Below, in pieces: positions 1 through 9,701 of a DNA stretch of 64,000 bases. Origin of the DNA: Anaerolineaceae bacterium UBA4890 (GTDB lineage Bacteria; Chloroflexota; Anaerolineae; Anaerolineales; Anaerolineaceae); the NCBI GenBank assembly GCA_002399085.1, contig DHCY01000006.1, positions 243 to 64,242 on the forward strand. Direction: 5' to 3'. Under the pieces are notes generated by a model, which made no database searches, had not been told where the DNA came from, and saw only the letters and a list, made by a program, of their open reading frames with translations. Positions within the stretch are counted from its first letter, which is position 1. Each line of letters opens with the position of its first letter. The translations under genes and the position numbers were made by a program.

Positions 1-688
1 GTTTGAGCAAGCTCATCAACGCATCGCCAAAAAACGCCACAGGTCCCATCATCAGACCAAGCAATCCCCCCCAAACCGGTCCCAACTCCAGCATTTTGCT
101 GTTCAAGATCAAACCAATCAATATTCCGCAGATCAACCCAACCATTGTGCCTCCGAGAAAACCTTCAAGGGTCTTTTTGGGGCTCAACTGCGGAAGCATG
201 CTCTTCTTCCCAAAGCGCGACCCCACCAGGTAGGCACCCATATCCACCAGCCAGACCAGTGAAATTGTGACCAGGACCCATAAATTCCCTTTCGAGCCAG
301 TATGGTTGAGGGTGATGCCATAGGCACCCAGAACGCCGATGTAGAAAACGCCGAACAATCCAAAAACAAGGCTCTGAAAAGCCTGCTTGTTATCGTGTTC
401 ATACTGCCACAGTGCTATCATTCCAAAGATAACCAGGAAGAGGGGAAGTGTAAGAATTTCTACAGCAACACTGCTGAAAATCCTTAATAAGACAGCTGCG
501 AGGATCCCTGAGATGATCAAAGCAGAGGAAACCCGATAGCCAGCCACTTTGAGCATGCGGGCGAATTCAAAACCGGCAAATGCCAGGACCAAAGCCAGGA
601 AAACATCAAAAGCCCATCCCCCCAACCAGGCGATTCCCAAAAACAGGGGCACAAAGACCAGAGCCGAAAGTGCCCGGGTTTTCAGCAT
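1..688 (-). CDS. cdsA: phosphatidate cytidylyltransferase (CDP-diglyceride synthase); the 3' end runs off the window
   Basis: Absent from the ORF track because it is open at the window edge. Manual minus-strand translation from the ATG at 688 gives MLKTRALSALVFVPLFLGIAWLGG...LSPKKTLEGFLGG...FFGDALMSLLK. It is multi-TM and CdsA-like. The start overlaps the uppS stop (TAATG), and the order frr-uppS-cdsA is canonical. Confidence 0.85.
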   Translation of the reverse strand, partial: MLKTRALSALVFVPLFLGIAWLGGWAFDVFLALVLAFAGFEFARMLKVAGYRVSSALIISGILAAVLLRIFSSVAVEILTLPLFLVIFGMIALWQYEHDNKQAFQSLVFGLFGVFYIGVLGAYGITLNHTGSKGNLWVLVTISLVWLVDMGAYLVGSRFGKKSMLPQLSPKKTLEGFLGGTMVGLICGILIGLILNSKMLELGPVWGGLLGLMMGPVAFFGDALMSLLK

Positions 689-1401
689 TACTTTTTGCTC
701 AAACCGCCGAAACGGCGGTCACGTTTTGAAAATTCTGCCAGGATTTTGAGAAGGTCCTCGCCGCTAAAGTCAGGCCAGTAGACCTCTGGGAAAAACCATT
801 CGCTGTAGACAGTCTGCCAGGTTAAGAAGTTGCTGGTGCGCTTCTCGCCCGAGGTGCGGATGACAATATCCGGGTCGGGTATACCGGCGGTGAACATGGC
901 ATCACTGACCATCTTCGTATCCACTTGATCGGCGGAAACACCGCTATTAATCAGTTTTTTTATAGCGGAAACAATTTCGTCCCTACCGCCATAATTGAAC
1001 GCCAGGATGACGTCAATGCGCTCGTTGTTCCTGGTTAGCTCGATGGCGTCTTCAACTTTTTTGCGCAGTGATGGCGCTAAACCATCCAGATGCCCAATGT
1101 GAATCAGCCGCGCGCCTTCTTCGTGCAGTTCCCGGAGCTGAGTTTCAAGAAATTCTGCCAGAAGAGCCATCAAGCCCTTAATTTCGTCTTCAGGGCGGTT
1201 CCAGTTTTCGGTAGAGAAGGCATAGAAAGTGATGTGTTTGACGCCCGCATCGGCAGCTGCGCGGATGATGCGGCGCAAATTTTTCGTGCCGGCGCGATGC
1301 CCAGCCAGCCGCGGCAAACCCCGTTCTTTCGCCCAACGCCCGTTGCCATCCATGATGATGGCAACGTGGGCGGGCACTGGTAAATCGGTTTTCTCAGCCA
1401 C
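688..1401 (-). CDS. uppS: isoprenyl transferase / undecaprenyl-diphosphate synthase
   Basis: 237 aa. Contains HVAIIMDGNGRWA and FSTENWNRP, the cis-prenyltransferase motifs. Lies between frr and cdsA. Confidence 0.95.
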   Translation of the reverse strand: MAEKTDLPVPAHVAIIMDGNGRWAKERGLPRLAGHRAGTKNLRRIIRAAADAGVKHITFYAFSTENWNRPEDEIKGLMALLAEFLETQLRELHEEGARLIHIGHLDGLAPSLRKKVEDAIELTRNNERIDVILAFNYGGRDEIVSAIKKLINSGVSADQVDTKMVSDAMFTAGIPDPDIVIRTSGEKRTSNFLTWQTVYSEWFFPEVYWPDFSGEDLLKILAEFSKRDRRFGGLSKK

Positions 1402-1402
1402 T

Positions 1403-1960
1403 TTAGAATTCCATGATTTCTTCTTCTTTGCGCTTGCCGATCACTGCAACCTGTTCGATCATCTCGTCGGTCAGATCCTGCAATTCGGTCTCGCCTTGAT
1501 GAAGCTCATCTTCCGAAATCATTTTTTCTTTTTCAAAATCACGCAATTCTTTCAACGAGTCACGGCGAATGTTGCGGATAGCGACGCGGGCGTCTTCCAG
1601 GCGGTTATTGACCATCTTGACAAGGTCTCGCCGGCGTTCCTCGGTGAGAGGAGGCAGGTTCAGGCGGATCACTTTACCGTCATTGCTGGGGGTAAGCCCC
1701 AGGTCTGAAGCCTGGATGGCGCGTTCGATGGCTCTCAACGATGAGCCGTCAAAAGGTCGGATCATCAGTTGGCGCGATTCGGGCACGCTGATGGTTGCCA
1801 GCTGGATCAGGGTAAGCTCGGAGCCGTAGTATTCAACTTGCAGTTTTTCGACCAGGGCAGGGGAAGCGCGACCGGTACGGATGCCGACCAGGTCGTCGCT
1901 CAGAACATCCAGAGCTGTTTGCATGCGCCCCTTGGAATCTCTCATTAATTCATTAATCAT
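1403..1960 (-). CDS. frr: ribosome recycling factor
   Basis: 185 aa with typical RRF length and sequence (GRASPALVEKLQVEYYG...LNLPPLTEERRRDL). Confidence 0.95.
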   Translation of the reverse strand: MINELMRDSKGRMQTALDVLSDDLVGIRTGRASPALVEKLQVEYYGSELTLIQLATISVPESRQLMIRPFDGSSLRAIERAIQASDLGLTPSNDGKVIRLNLPPLTEERRRDLVKMVNNRLEDARVAIRNIRRDSLKELRDFEKEKMISEDELHQGETELQDLTDEMIEQVAVIGKRKEEEIMEF

Positions 1961-2067
1961 AGCAACCTCCTTGGTTTCTGGTATTCGTAGGATTCAATTC
2001 TATCACTGACGAGGAGAAAATCTGGCAAAGCATAATGATTCGGTTTATCGATGCAGATGTCGACCAA

Positions 2068-2101
2068 CAAAAAAGGAGATGGCGAGCCACCTCCTTTTTT
2101 C
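2068..2101 (-). terminator. bidirectional intrinsic terminator after the sugar ABC operon
   Basis: Stem GGAGATGG (2075-2082), loop CGAG, stem CCACCTCC (2087-2094). An A-run lies on one side and a T-run on the other. It sits just downstream of the permease stop at 2117. Confidence 0.6.
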
Positions 2102-2116
2102 TCAATTCCCTAATTT

Positions 2117-3337
2117 CTATCTGTTTCTGCGGGTGATGCGATCGAAGACCACAGCCAGCACCAAAACCAGACCACGCACGATGTATTGAATAGAAATATC
2201 GATGCCCATCAGATTCATGCCGCTGGTCAGAGACATCATTACCAACGCACCGATGATTGAACCGATGATCGTACCAACACCACCGGCTGCAGAAACCCCG
2301 CCCACAAAGGCAGCTGCGATTGCGTCGGTTTCGAAACCCAGACCTGCTGTAGTGGTTGCAGAGCGAAGACGTGAGGCGTACATAATACCGGAAAGCGACG
2401 AGAGCAAACCCATTGCACCAAACACAATATAGGTGATCTTCGATACGCTGATACCACTCAATTCAGCTGCTTCGGGGTTGCCGCCCACGGCGTAAATATG
2501 GCGCCCTAACGGTGTTTTGGTGGTGATAAATTGGAATACCAAAACCACCAAAAGCAAGATCACCAGGCTCCAGGAAATGCCGTTATATCCAGAGAGGATC
2601 CAGGCGATATAACCAATCAATGCCGAGATGATTACGAGCTGCAGAATGAACAGACCCGTGTTTGGCACGGCAAAATTGTACGACTGCTTGGTTTTTCGAC
2701 CTCTGATTGCAGAAATGATGTACCAAATAATTGCGATCAGCCCGAAGATCAGGGTCAGTTTGTGCCTGCCGGGTAAAAACCCGCTCAAAAAAGGCAGATC
2801 GGGGATGAATCCATTACCAATGGCGTTAAAGATCGGATCACGGATGACGATGGTACCAGTGCCCATTGTGACCAGCAACAGCGCGCCGCGATAAATGAGC
2901 CCGGCTGCCATGGTTGAGACGAAGGCAGGCACGCCCAGTTTCGCCACAGGCGTTGCTGTAAGCATGCCGGCAAGCATGCCCAACACCATCACCGCAGGGA
3001 TGACCGCGAAGACGGGCCAACCCCAAAAAGTCATCGCAATGGCAGCAAAAGCTCCCAGGAAACCAGCCAAATAGCCAACGGAAAGTTCAATATGACGGAT
3101 GACGATGATCAGGGTCATGCCGACAGCCAGAACCGCGATGTAGCCCATCTGGTTGATCAGGTTGCTGATGTTCCTGGAAGAGATGAAGACGCCGTCGGTG
3201 GTGATCGTGAAGAAGATCATGATGACGACCAGTGCAAAAAACATAAAATAATCGCTGATATTCATCTTCACGATATCCAGCAGGCTCCTGAACCTGTCTG
3301 TCGTGCTTGTTGTTTGCTTTGATTCTTCCATAAACAC
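2117..3337 (-). CDS. monosaccharide ABC transporter permease (GguB/XylH-like)
   Basis: 406 aa, about 10-12 TM, with the RbsC/XylH-type pattern (IIVIRHIELSVGY). Last gene of the SBP-ATPase-permease operon. Confidence 0.85.
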   Translation of the reverse strand: MFMEESKQTTSTTDRFRSLLDIVKMNISDYFMFFALVVIMIFFTITTDGVFISSRNISNLINQMGYIAVLAVGMTLIIVIRHIELSVGYLAGFLGAFAAIAMTFWGWPVFAVIPAVMVLGMLAGMLTATPVAKLGVPAFVSTMAAGLIYRGALLLVTMGTGTIVIRDPIFNAIGNGFIPDLPFLSGFLPGRHKLTLIFGLIAIIWYIISAIRGRKTKQSYNFAVPNTGLFILQLVIISALIGYIAWILSGYNGISWSLVILLLVVLVFQFITTKTPLGRHIYAVGGNPEAAELSGISVSKITYIVFGAMGLLSSLSGIMYASRLRSATTTAGLGFETDAIAAAFVGGVSAAGGVGTIIGSIIGALVMMSLTSGMNLMGIDISIQYIVRGLVLVLAVVFDRITRRNR

Positions 3338-3340
3338 CTC

Positions 3341-4864
3341 CTAATAATCCACTGCCAGTTCCATGATGGCTTCCTGTGTGGCAACCTCGGCTGGCATTTC
3401 TCCATTAATTTTTCCTGCAGACATAACGTAAATCCGGTCCGCCATGCCCAGAATTTCAGGCAGTTCAGACGAAATCATCAGAATGCTCATGCCCTGTTGC
3501 ACCAAAGCATTCATGAGAGTATATATTTCATATTTTGCGCCTACGTCGATCCCACGGGTTGGCTCATCCAGAATGAGAATCCCAGGATTGACGAACAGCC
3601 ATTTACCCAGCGAAACCTTTTGCTGGTTTCCGCCGCTAAGGTTGCGTACCTTTTGCTGGATGCTGGGGGTTTTGATGTTGAGCTGGGTGCGATATTTGTT
3701 CGCGACCAAAATTTCTTCATTCTCATTGATCACGCCGCCCTCGGTAATTTCCTTAAGGTTTGCCAGGGTGATGTTGTGCTTAACGTCATCAATCAAGATC
3801 AAGCCATTTCCCTTACGGTCTTCAGTGACATAGGCGAGCGAGGCTTTGATCGCCTCACCAGGATCGCGGAACTTTTGCTCTACGCCGTTGATAAACGCTT
3901 TTCCACTGACGCGATAACGATCCGGATTACCAAAAATGCTCTTTGCCAATTCAGTGCGCCCAGAGCCCATCAATCCGGCAATTGCGACAATCTCTCCGGC
4001 GTGGACATTTAGATTGATGTTTTTAAGGATATCTCTGCCAAGAGCATAAGAAAACGCACTCCAATCTTCCAGGCGCAGCGTTTCTTTACCGATCGGCAGT
4101 TTTTCGCGTTTTGGGTAAACGTTATCGATCGACCGTCCGACCATGTGCTTGATTAGAACGGGCTCGTTGACTAAATCTTTGTGTGCATCAAGCGTAACCA
4201 CGGTTTTACCATCCCGCAGAACGGTAATGGTGTCGGCAATCGCCAAAACCTCGCGCAATTTGTGCGAGATGAGGATACAGGTAACGCCCTGTGCTTTGAG
4301 ACCTTGGATAAGATGCAGCAGGTTGTCGCTGTCGGTCTCGTTTAGTGCCGCCGTGGGCTCGTCCAGGATCAGGATTTTTACATCTTTTTTCAATGCCTTG
4401 GCAATCTCGATCAACTGCTGCTTCCCAACACCCAGATTTTTAACTTTGGTGAGCGGGTTTACATCCAACCCAACCTTTTTCAGGATTTCAACAGCTTGCT
4501 GTATCGATTCGTTTGAGTCGATCACCATACCATTGGTGAGTTCGTTGCCTAGGAAAATATTTTCGTATACAGATAATTCCGGAATTAAGGCTAACTCTTG
4601 ATAAATAATGGCAATACCGGCGTTCTCGCTCTCACGAATGTTGTTAAATTTCTGTAATTCGCCTTCGACAATGATTTCGCCATCATATGTACCATAAGGA
4701 TGGACCCCGCTAAGCACCTTCATTAGGGTAGATTTACCCGCCCCGTTTTCACCAACCAGGCAGTGGATCTCACCTGTACGAACACTAAAGGTGACGTTAT
4801 CCAATGCCTTCACTCCAGGGAATTCCTTGGTGATGGACTTCATTTCAAGAATGGGTGTCTCCAT
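3341..4864 (-). CDS. monosaccharide ABC transporter ATP-binding protein with duplicated ABC domains (GguA/XylG/RbsA-like)
   Basis: 507 aa. Two nucleotide-binding domains: GENGAGKST with LILDEPTAAL, and GLMGSGRTE with LSGGNQQK and LILDEPTRGID. Confidence 0.9.
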   Translation of the reverse strand: METPILEMKSITKEFPGVKALDNVTFSVRTGEIHCLVGENGAGKSTLMKVLSGVHPYGTYDGEIIVEGELQKFNNIRESENAGIAIIYQELALIPELSVYENIFLGNELTNGMVIDSNESIQQAVEILKKVGLDVNPLTKVKNLGVGKQQLIEIAKALKKDVKILILDEPTAALNETDSDNLLHLIQGLKAQGVTCILISHKLREVLAIADTITVLRDGKTVVTLDAHKDLVNEPVLIKHMVGRSIDNVYPKREKLPIGKETLRLEDWSAFSYALGRDILKNINLNVHAGEIVAIAGLMGSGRTELAKSIFGNPDRYRVSGKAFINGVEQKFRDPGEAIKASLAYVTEDRKGNGLILIDDVKHNITLANLKEITEGGVINENEEILVANKYRTQLNIKTPSIQQKVRNLSGGNQQKVSLGKWLFVNPGILILDEPTRGIDVGAKYEIYTLMNALVQQGMSILMISSELPEILGMADRIYVMSAGKINGEMPAEVATQEAIMELAVDY

Positions 4865-4891
4865 AGGCTTCTCCTGCTAAATTCTTATGTA

Positions 4892-4927
4892 TTCAAGTAG
4901 TGACCGGTTTCCCGGTCACTACTTGAA
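4892..4927 (-). promoter_or_regulatory. intercistronic 16-bp perfect stem-loop between the binding-protein and ATPase genes
   Basis: TTCAAGTAGTGACCGG, loop TTTC, then CCGGTCACTACTTGAA. It lies between the stop at 4944 and the start at 4864 and has no adjacent T-run. It fits an mRNA-stabilising or partial-terminator hairpin, as commonly seen after ABC binding-protein genes. Confidence 0.55.
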
Positions 4928-4943
4928 AAATGTGTTTCAATAT

Positions 4944-6083
4944 TTACTCTAAACCAGTAAAGTCGCTGGCGGGATAGTAGCCGGAGTCCACAATGGTTTC
5001 TTTAACATTGTCCTGGGTGACCGTGACCACAGCGGATGGCTTGGCAGGCACTTCGATGACATTGTTGAAGTAGGTTGCGGTTTCTTCGGGGGTTTGACCA
5101 GCAAGGAAAGCAACTGCAGCGGCGATAGCGTCGGCAACCAGTGTGCGGACGTCTTTCAGCACGGTCATGGATTGCTTGCCATCGATGATGTACTGGACAG
5201 AAGCTTTTTCAGCATCCTGACCGGTGACATAATACTTGGTCACGTCGGTATCAGCGGCGAAGGCATCGGCAATAGCGCGGGCGGTACCATCGTTCGGAGC
5301 AAGGATAAAGACTTCGCCCTTATCTTCGGCAGAGGCAGCAGTCAGGTTAGCTTCAGCCAAACCCTTGGCAACGTTGAAATCCCAGTTGGTCGTGACTTGA
5401 CCAACGATTTTTCCCATTTCGTCACGGGTCAGGGTTGCTTTGTCTTGTAGGGCAACCGCTTCGGCGGAGTTCTTGATCACGAAAGTGCCATCAGCGATCT
5501 TGGGCTGCAGCACGTTCCAGGCGCCTTCGAAGAAGAGGAAGGCATTGTTGTCGGAAGATGCACCAGCATACAGATAGAGAGGCAGACCAGTGCCAGCAGC
5601 ATTGTCCACCAGGTATTGAGCCTGGGCTTCACCAACTGCAACAGAGTCGAAGGTCACGTAGTAGTCAACGGCGTCGGTGTCGAGGATCAGGCGGTCATAA
5701 GAGACAACCTTCACACCTGCAGCACGTGCAGCCTCAGCGGCAGCAGCAGCGGCAGTACCGTCATGGGGGCAGATGATCAAAACTTTGATGCCCTTGGAAA
5801 TCAGGGTTTCAACGTTTTGTTTCTCGCGGGCAGGGTCGCCCTGGCTGAACAGAATTTCCACAGCATAACCCTGGGCAGTGAGGGCATCCTTGAAACGGGT
5901 TTCGTCCTGGATCCAGCGGGGTTCGTCCTTGGTGGGGAGCACAATGCCTACAGCCAGTTCTTCACCGGCGGCGGGTGGCTCAGTGACTTCAGCTTCAGGT
6001 GCCGCGGTTGTGCAAGCGCCTAAAACCATACTCGCAATAATCAAGATTGATGCGAGGGTGAACAAAAATTTAAAGCGTTTCAT
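4944..6083 (-). CDS. sugar ABC transporter substrate-binding lipoprotein (ChvE/XylF-like)
   Basis: 379 aa. Signal peptide with a lipobox (VLGAC). Periplasmic-binding-protein type I sequence. First gene of the operon. Confidence 0.85.
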   Translation of the reverse strand: MKRFKFLFTLASILIIASMVLGACTTAAPEAEVTEPPAAGEELAVGIVLPTKDEPRWIQDETRFKDALTAQGYAVEILFSQGDPAREKQNVETLISKGIKVLIICPHDGTAAAAAAEAARAAGVKVVSYDRLILDTDAVDYYVTFDSVAVGEAQAQYLVDNAAGTGLPLYLYAGASSDNNAFLFFEGAWNVLQPKIADGTFVIKNSAEAVALQDKATLTRDEMGKIVGQVTTNWDFNVAKGLAEANLTAASAEDKGEVFILAPNDGTARAIADAFAADTDVTKYYVTGQDAEKASVQYIIDGKQSMTVLKDVRTLVADAIAAAVAFLAGQTPEETATYFNNVIEVPAKPSAVVTVTQDNVKETIVDSGYYPASDFTGLE

Positions 6084-6308
6084 ATCTTCTCCTTAAGAAT
6101 TTTTTTGTGGCTTGGACTACGGCTCTGAGGTGACAAGTTGTCTTATTCATCAAGAACCGAAGCCTTCTCGCCTGAGATTAGGGGAAGTTACCTACCCCAC
6201 TTCATGAATTATATCTCATCTGTGAAAAATCAAGGCATCTACGCACCCTACGATCTTTTGCCTGCGCAGAAGGCAATGTTATAATCGCTTGTATAAAATA
6301 CAAGAGAA

Positions 6309-7682
6309 ATGAGAGAACCTATGGCTAAAACCAGTGTCCCATGCCCTAATTGTCGGCAACCAGTCCTGATCGACTTGAAGCGGTTGTTCGATATCAATAC
6401 CGACCCCCAGGCGAAGGAAACTTTACTTTCCGGAGGCGCAAACGCAATTCATTGCCCAAATTGCCACTTCCAGGGTGTTTACCCCACACCGATTGTCTAC
6501 CATGACCCGGATAAAGAGCTGCTCCTGACCTACTTCCCAGCCGAACTGCACACCCCCATAACGGAGCAGGAGAAGACAATTGGTCCGCTGATCAAAAAAG
6601 TAATGGACGACCTGCCGCCAGAAAAACGAAAGGCTTATCTGTTTAAACCCCAAACCATGCTGACTTATCAGCGTTTGCTCGAGACGATATTGGAAGCTGA
6701 CGGCATTACCCCCGAGATGATGAAAGCCCAGCAAGAAAAACTGCTGCTGATGCAGGAACTGGTCAATCTCAGCGCTGAATCTTTACCGGAGCGGATAGCT
6801 CAGAACGACGAAAAGATAGATGAAGAATTCTTCGTGCTACTTCAACGTCTTGCCCAGGCATCAGCCGCCAGCGGTGATCAGCAATCGGTGCATGCACTCT
6901 CTCATTTACAGCAAGCCCTGCTGGAACACTCGACGATTGGCAAGGCGGCAGCCCTTGAAGCCGCTGAAACGCGCGCAGCCATGAATGAGTTGACCGAATT
7001 GAGCAAAACTGGCATCACGAGGGATAACCTGCTTGATCTTCTGATCAAAAATGCAGACAGCGAAGTGCGATTAACCACGATCGCTTCCATGGCGAGAGGC
7101 GGGCTGGATTACACTTTCTTCCAAACACTGACAGACCGGATCGACCAGACCACTGGCGAAGAAAAAAGCCATTTAGGGTCGCTGCGCGAGAAACTGCTCA
7201 CGATCGTGGAGGCTATTGATAAGGCGGTCCAGGCTCAGCTCGAAGAGTCGCAGAAATTGTTGAAAGACATCCTTGCCGCAGATGATATCGAACAGGCGAC
7301 GGAAGAAGCTTTGCCGATGATCAACCAGGCTTTTACAGAGGTTCTGAACAATGAGGTTACGAACGCCCAGGAAGCAAATGACACCGACAAGCTGACCAAA
7401 CTGGTGAAAATTGTCAGTGTATTACGTGCTGCCAGCAGCAGCGGAGCCGTTTTGCAGGTTATTGAGCATATGCTGGGGTTGGAAACAGCAGAAGAGCGCC
7501 AAAAAGTACTTGAGGATGCTGGAGAGGTTATTAATGATGATTTCACGCAGACGCTGACCAGCTTGATTTCGCAGGTGGAAAGCCAGGGTGATCAGCCAGA
7601 TCTGGTGGAGAAGTTGAAAGAGGTCAACCGGGAAGTGCTGCGATTTACCATGCGCCGCAACCTCAATAACGGAGCGAAGTAA
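6309..7682 (+). CDS. CpXC-type zinc-ribbon N-terminal domain protein with a long helical C-terminal region (unknown function)
   Basis: 457 aa. The N-terminus carries CPNCRQ...(about 35 aa)...CPNCHF, and the rest is alpha-helical and acidic. The start could instead be the ATG at 6321. Confidence 0.6.
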   Translation: MREPMAKTSVPCPNCRQPVLIDLKRLFDINTDPQAKETLLSGGANAIHCPNCHFQGVYPTPIVYHDPDKELLLTYFPAELHTPITEQEKTIGPLIKKVMDDLPPEKRKAYLFKPQTMLTYQRLLETILEADGITPEMMKAQQEKLLLMQELVNLSAESLPERIAQNDEKIDEEFFVLLQRLAQASAASGDQQSVHALSHLQQALLEHSTIGKAAALEAAETRAAMNELTELSKTGITRDNLLDLLIKNADSEVRLTTIASMARGGLDYTFFQTLTDRIDQTTGEEKSHLGSLREKLLTIVEAIDKAVQAQLEESQKLLKDILAADDIEQATEEALPMINQAFTEVLNNEVTNAQEANDTDKLTKLVKIVSVLRAASSSGAVLQVIEHMLGLETAEERQKVLEDAGEVINDDFTQTLTSLISQVESQGDQPDLVEKLKEVNREVLRFTMRRNLNNGAK

Positions 7683-7713
7683 CCTGGAGATATTTGGATA
7701 GTTTATGATTTTT

Positions 7714-7748
7714 GAAAAGATGCCTGTTTTGGGCATCTTTTCTGTTCT
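7714..7748 (+). terminator. intrinsic terminator after the CpXC gene
   Basis: GAAAAGATGCC, loop TGTTTTG, GGCATCTTTTC, followed by a T-rich tail. Confidence 0.6.
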
Positions 7749-7879
7749 GTCGTGCGTTGGGGTTCGGCTTGTACGGTGGGGGCTTGTCTCCCACCGCTTC
7801 AACCAGACAGATGGAAGCCTTCGGCTAGATCCCGTGCACGGCGAGGAATCTGGCAGTATCAGAAAGCTGGGGACATATA

Positions 7880-8524
7880 CTAATGTGGTTCGTTTTGGAA
7901 ACGCAAGCCGTGTCCGCGGACAGTGACGATGTAATCGTAATCCGGGTCGGGTTGGTTTAGACGCTCGCGCAGGCGCCGGACCAGGGCATCGAAAGCCTGC
8001 TCAGTGACCCAACGCGTGTCGTCTTCCCAAACAACCTGGATCAATTCCTCCCGCGAAACCACCTCACCTGCCCGGGCATAGAGATAAGCCAAAAGTACAA
8101 ACTGCTGGTTCGAGAGCGGCGGTTCCAACTCAACCCCTCTCACCCAGACTCTCCGGGAACTTTCATCGAGCCTAAGGCTAAGCACATGGCTGAGCTCTGG
8201 CGGCAAGTCAGAAAGCGGCATGGTTGCATCAGAGCTCAGATAGAGGAAAGTCTGAGTCAAAGCGATGGCAATTTCATCAGCCTCGACCAGTTTGACCGGC
8301 TCGCTGACAACCTGGTTGTTGAGGAAGGTGCCGTTTTTACTGCCGAGATCTTCGAGGATCACGCCGTTATTGCCCTTGGTAATGCGGGCATGCTGGCGCG
8401 AGACCTGCCGGTCTGGGATGACGATATCACATGACACATCCCGACCGATCACCAGGGTTCCATCAATGATCCATTGCTGACCATTGAGGGGACCGTTGTT
8501 GGCAATTAAAACTGCATCTTCCAT
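7880..8524 (-). CDS. FHA domain plus OmpR/PhoB-type winged-helix DNA-binding protein (no receiver domain)
   Basis: 214 aa. The N-terminus is an FHA domain (GRDVSCDIVIPDRQVSRQHARI...GSKNGTFLNN). The C-terminus is Trans_reg_C-like (LSNQQFVLLAYLYARAGEVVSREELIQVVW...YIVTVRGHGLRF). Confidence 0.8.
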   Translation of the reverse strand: MEDAVLIANNGPLNGQQWIIDGTLVIGRDVSCDIVIPDRQVSRQHARITKGNNGVILEDLGSKNGTFLNNQVVSEPVKLVEADEIAIALTQTFLYLSSDATMPLSDLPPELSHVLSLRLDESSRRVWVRGVELEPPLSNQQFVLLAYLYARAGEVVSREELIQVVWEDDTRWVTEQAFDALVRRLRERLNQPDPDYDYIVTVRGHGLRFQNEPH

Positions 8525-8621
8525 TTCTTACTCTTCATCCTCGCTGTAACCGATTATAATCCAAGCATAAGCAGCATTTCCACGCCGAAATGGAATTATG
8601 CGCTTGAAGAGGAAGAAGTAG

Positions 8622-9614
8622 ATGAATAATTACCCCGTCAGCGGGAATACGCTCCACGATCGTTACCTAATTAAGCACATGATCGGTCAGGGAGGGTTTG
8701 GCTCCATTTACCTGGCAGAAGATATGCGCCTGGAAGGTCGCCTGTGTGCGGTTAAACAGGTGCATTACGACTCTGCGCTTCCCGATGAGATGCTCAAAGA
8801 ATCGCGAAACCAGTTCATGCGAGAGGCGACTGTTTTGGCGCGCCTGGACCATCCCAACCTGCCCAAGGTGTCAGATTTTTTCTCGATTGACGAAAATGAT
8901 TTTCTGGTAATGGATTACGTGCCGGGGGAAGACCTGCGTACCATGCTTGCCAAGGCGGAAAGCAGCGGCAAATTTCTGAAAGAAGAAGAGGTGTTGGACT
9001 GGGCAGTGCAAATTGGGGACGCGCTCAGCTACCTGCATCACCAGGACCCTCCCATCCTGCATCGTGATATCAAACCTTCCAACCTAAAGGTTACCCCGAG
9101 CGGTTTGGTGAAACTGGTTGACTTCGGATTGGTGAAACTACTGGCACCAGATGAGATCACCATAACCATCATGCAGGGGCAGGGAACGGCACTCTACACG
9201 CCGCTGGAGCAATATGGAGGGGACAGCAATCATACGGATGCCCGCGCCGATATCTACGCGTTTGGCTGCACACTTTACCACCTGCTCACCAATACCCCTC
9301 CCATGAATGTGCGTGATCGCTTTCTCAAGCCCGAGAGCTTGATTCCCCCCCGTTCGATCAACCCTGCCATAACCCCCCGTGTTGAAGACGCCATCCTCTG
9401 GGCAATGTCGTTGCACCCCAATGACCGCCCCAAAGATATGACCACTTTTGTGAAAGCGCTGACCGGTGAGACCACCGGTAACCTGCGGTGGATAGGCGGC
9501 AGCTATAGCCGCTCATTGCAGGCGCAGTTGGGGCAGACGGAAATCCAGCTTGGTATTTTGGCTGGCGGGTTGGTTTTTCTCAGTTTGTTGTTTACCTTGA
9601 TCCATAATTTGTAA
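8622..9614 (+). CDS. Ser/Thr protein kinase, C-terminally membrane-anchored
   Basis: 330 aa. Hanks kinase motifs are present: GQGGFGSIY, AVK, HRDIKPSNLKV and DFGLVK. A single C-terminal TM (LGILAGGLVFLSLLFTLI) leaves almost no ectodomain. Confidence 0.9.
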   Translation: MNNYPVSGNTLHDRYLIKHMIGQGGFGSIYLAEDMRLEGRLCAVKQVHYDSALPDEMLKESRNQFMREATVLARLDHPNLPKVSDFFSIDENDFLVMDYVPGEDLRTMLAKAESSGKFLKEEEVLDWAVQIGDALSYLHHQDPPILHRDIKPSNLKVTPSGLVKLVDFGLVKLLAPDEITITIMQGQGTALYTPLEQYGGDSNHTDARADIYAFGCTLYHLLTNTPPMNVRDRFLKPESLIPPRSINPAITPRVEDAILWAMSLHPNDRPKDMTTFVKALTGETTGNLRWIGGSYSRSLQAQLGQTEIQLGILAGGLVFLSLLFTLIHNL

Positions 9615-9701
9615 TTCAGAGAATATTTATGCCCGGTCTGCCCACAACGATTACAGCGGCGGGGTACTTTGCGAGACCGGTATTATCAGAGATCGAAAAA
9701 T

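Noticed and set aside
3-487. Plus-strand ORFs 3-233 and 302-487, and minus-strand ORF 184-402
   Set aside because: All fall within the minus-strand cdsA reading frame, which has clear CdsA motifs and is coupled to uppS.
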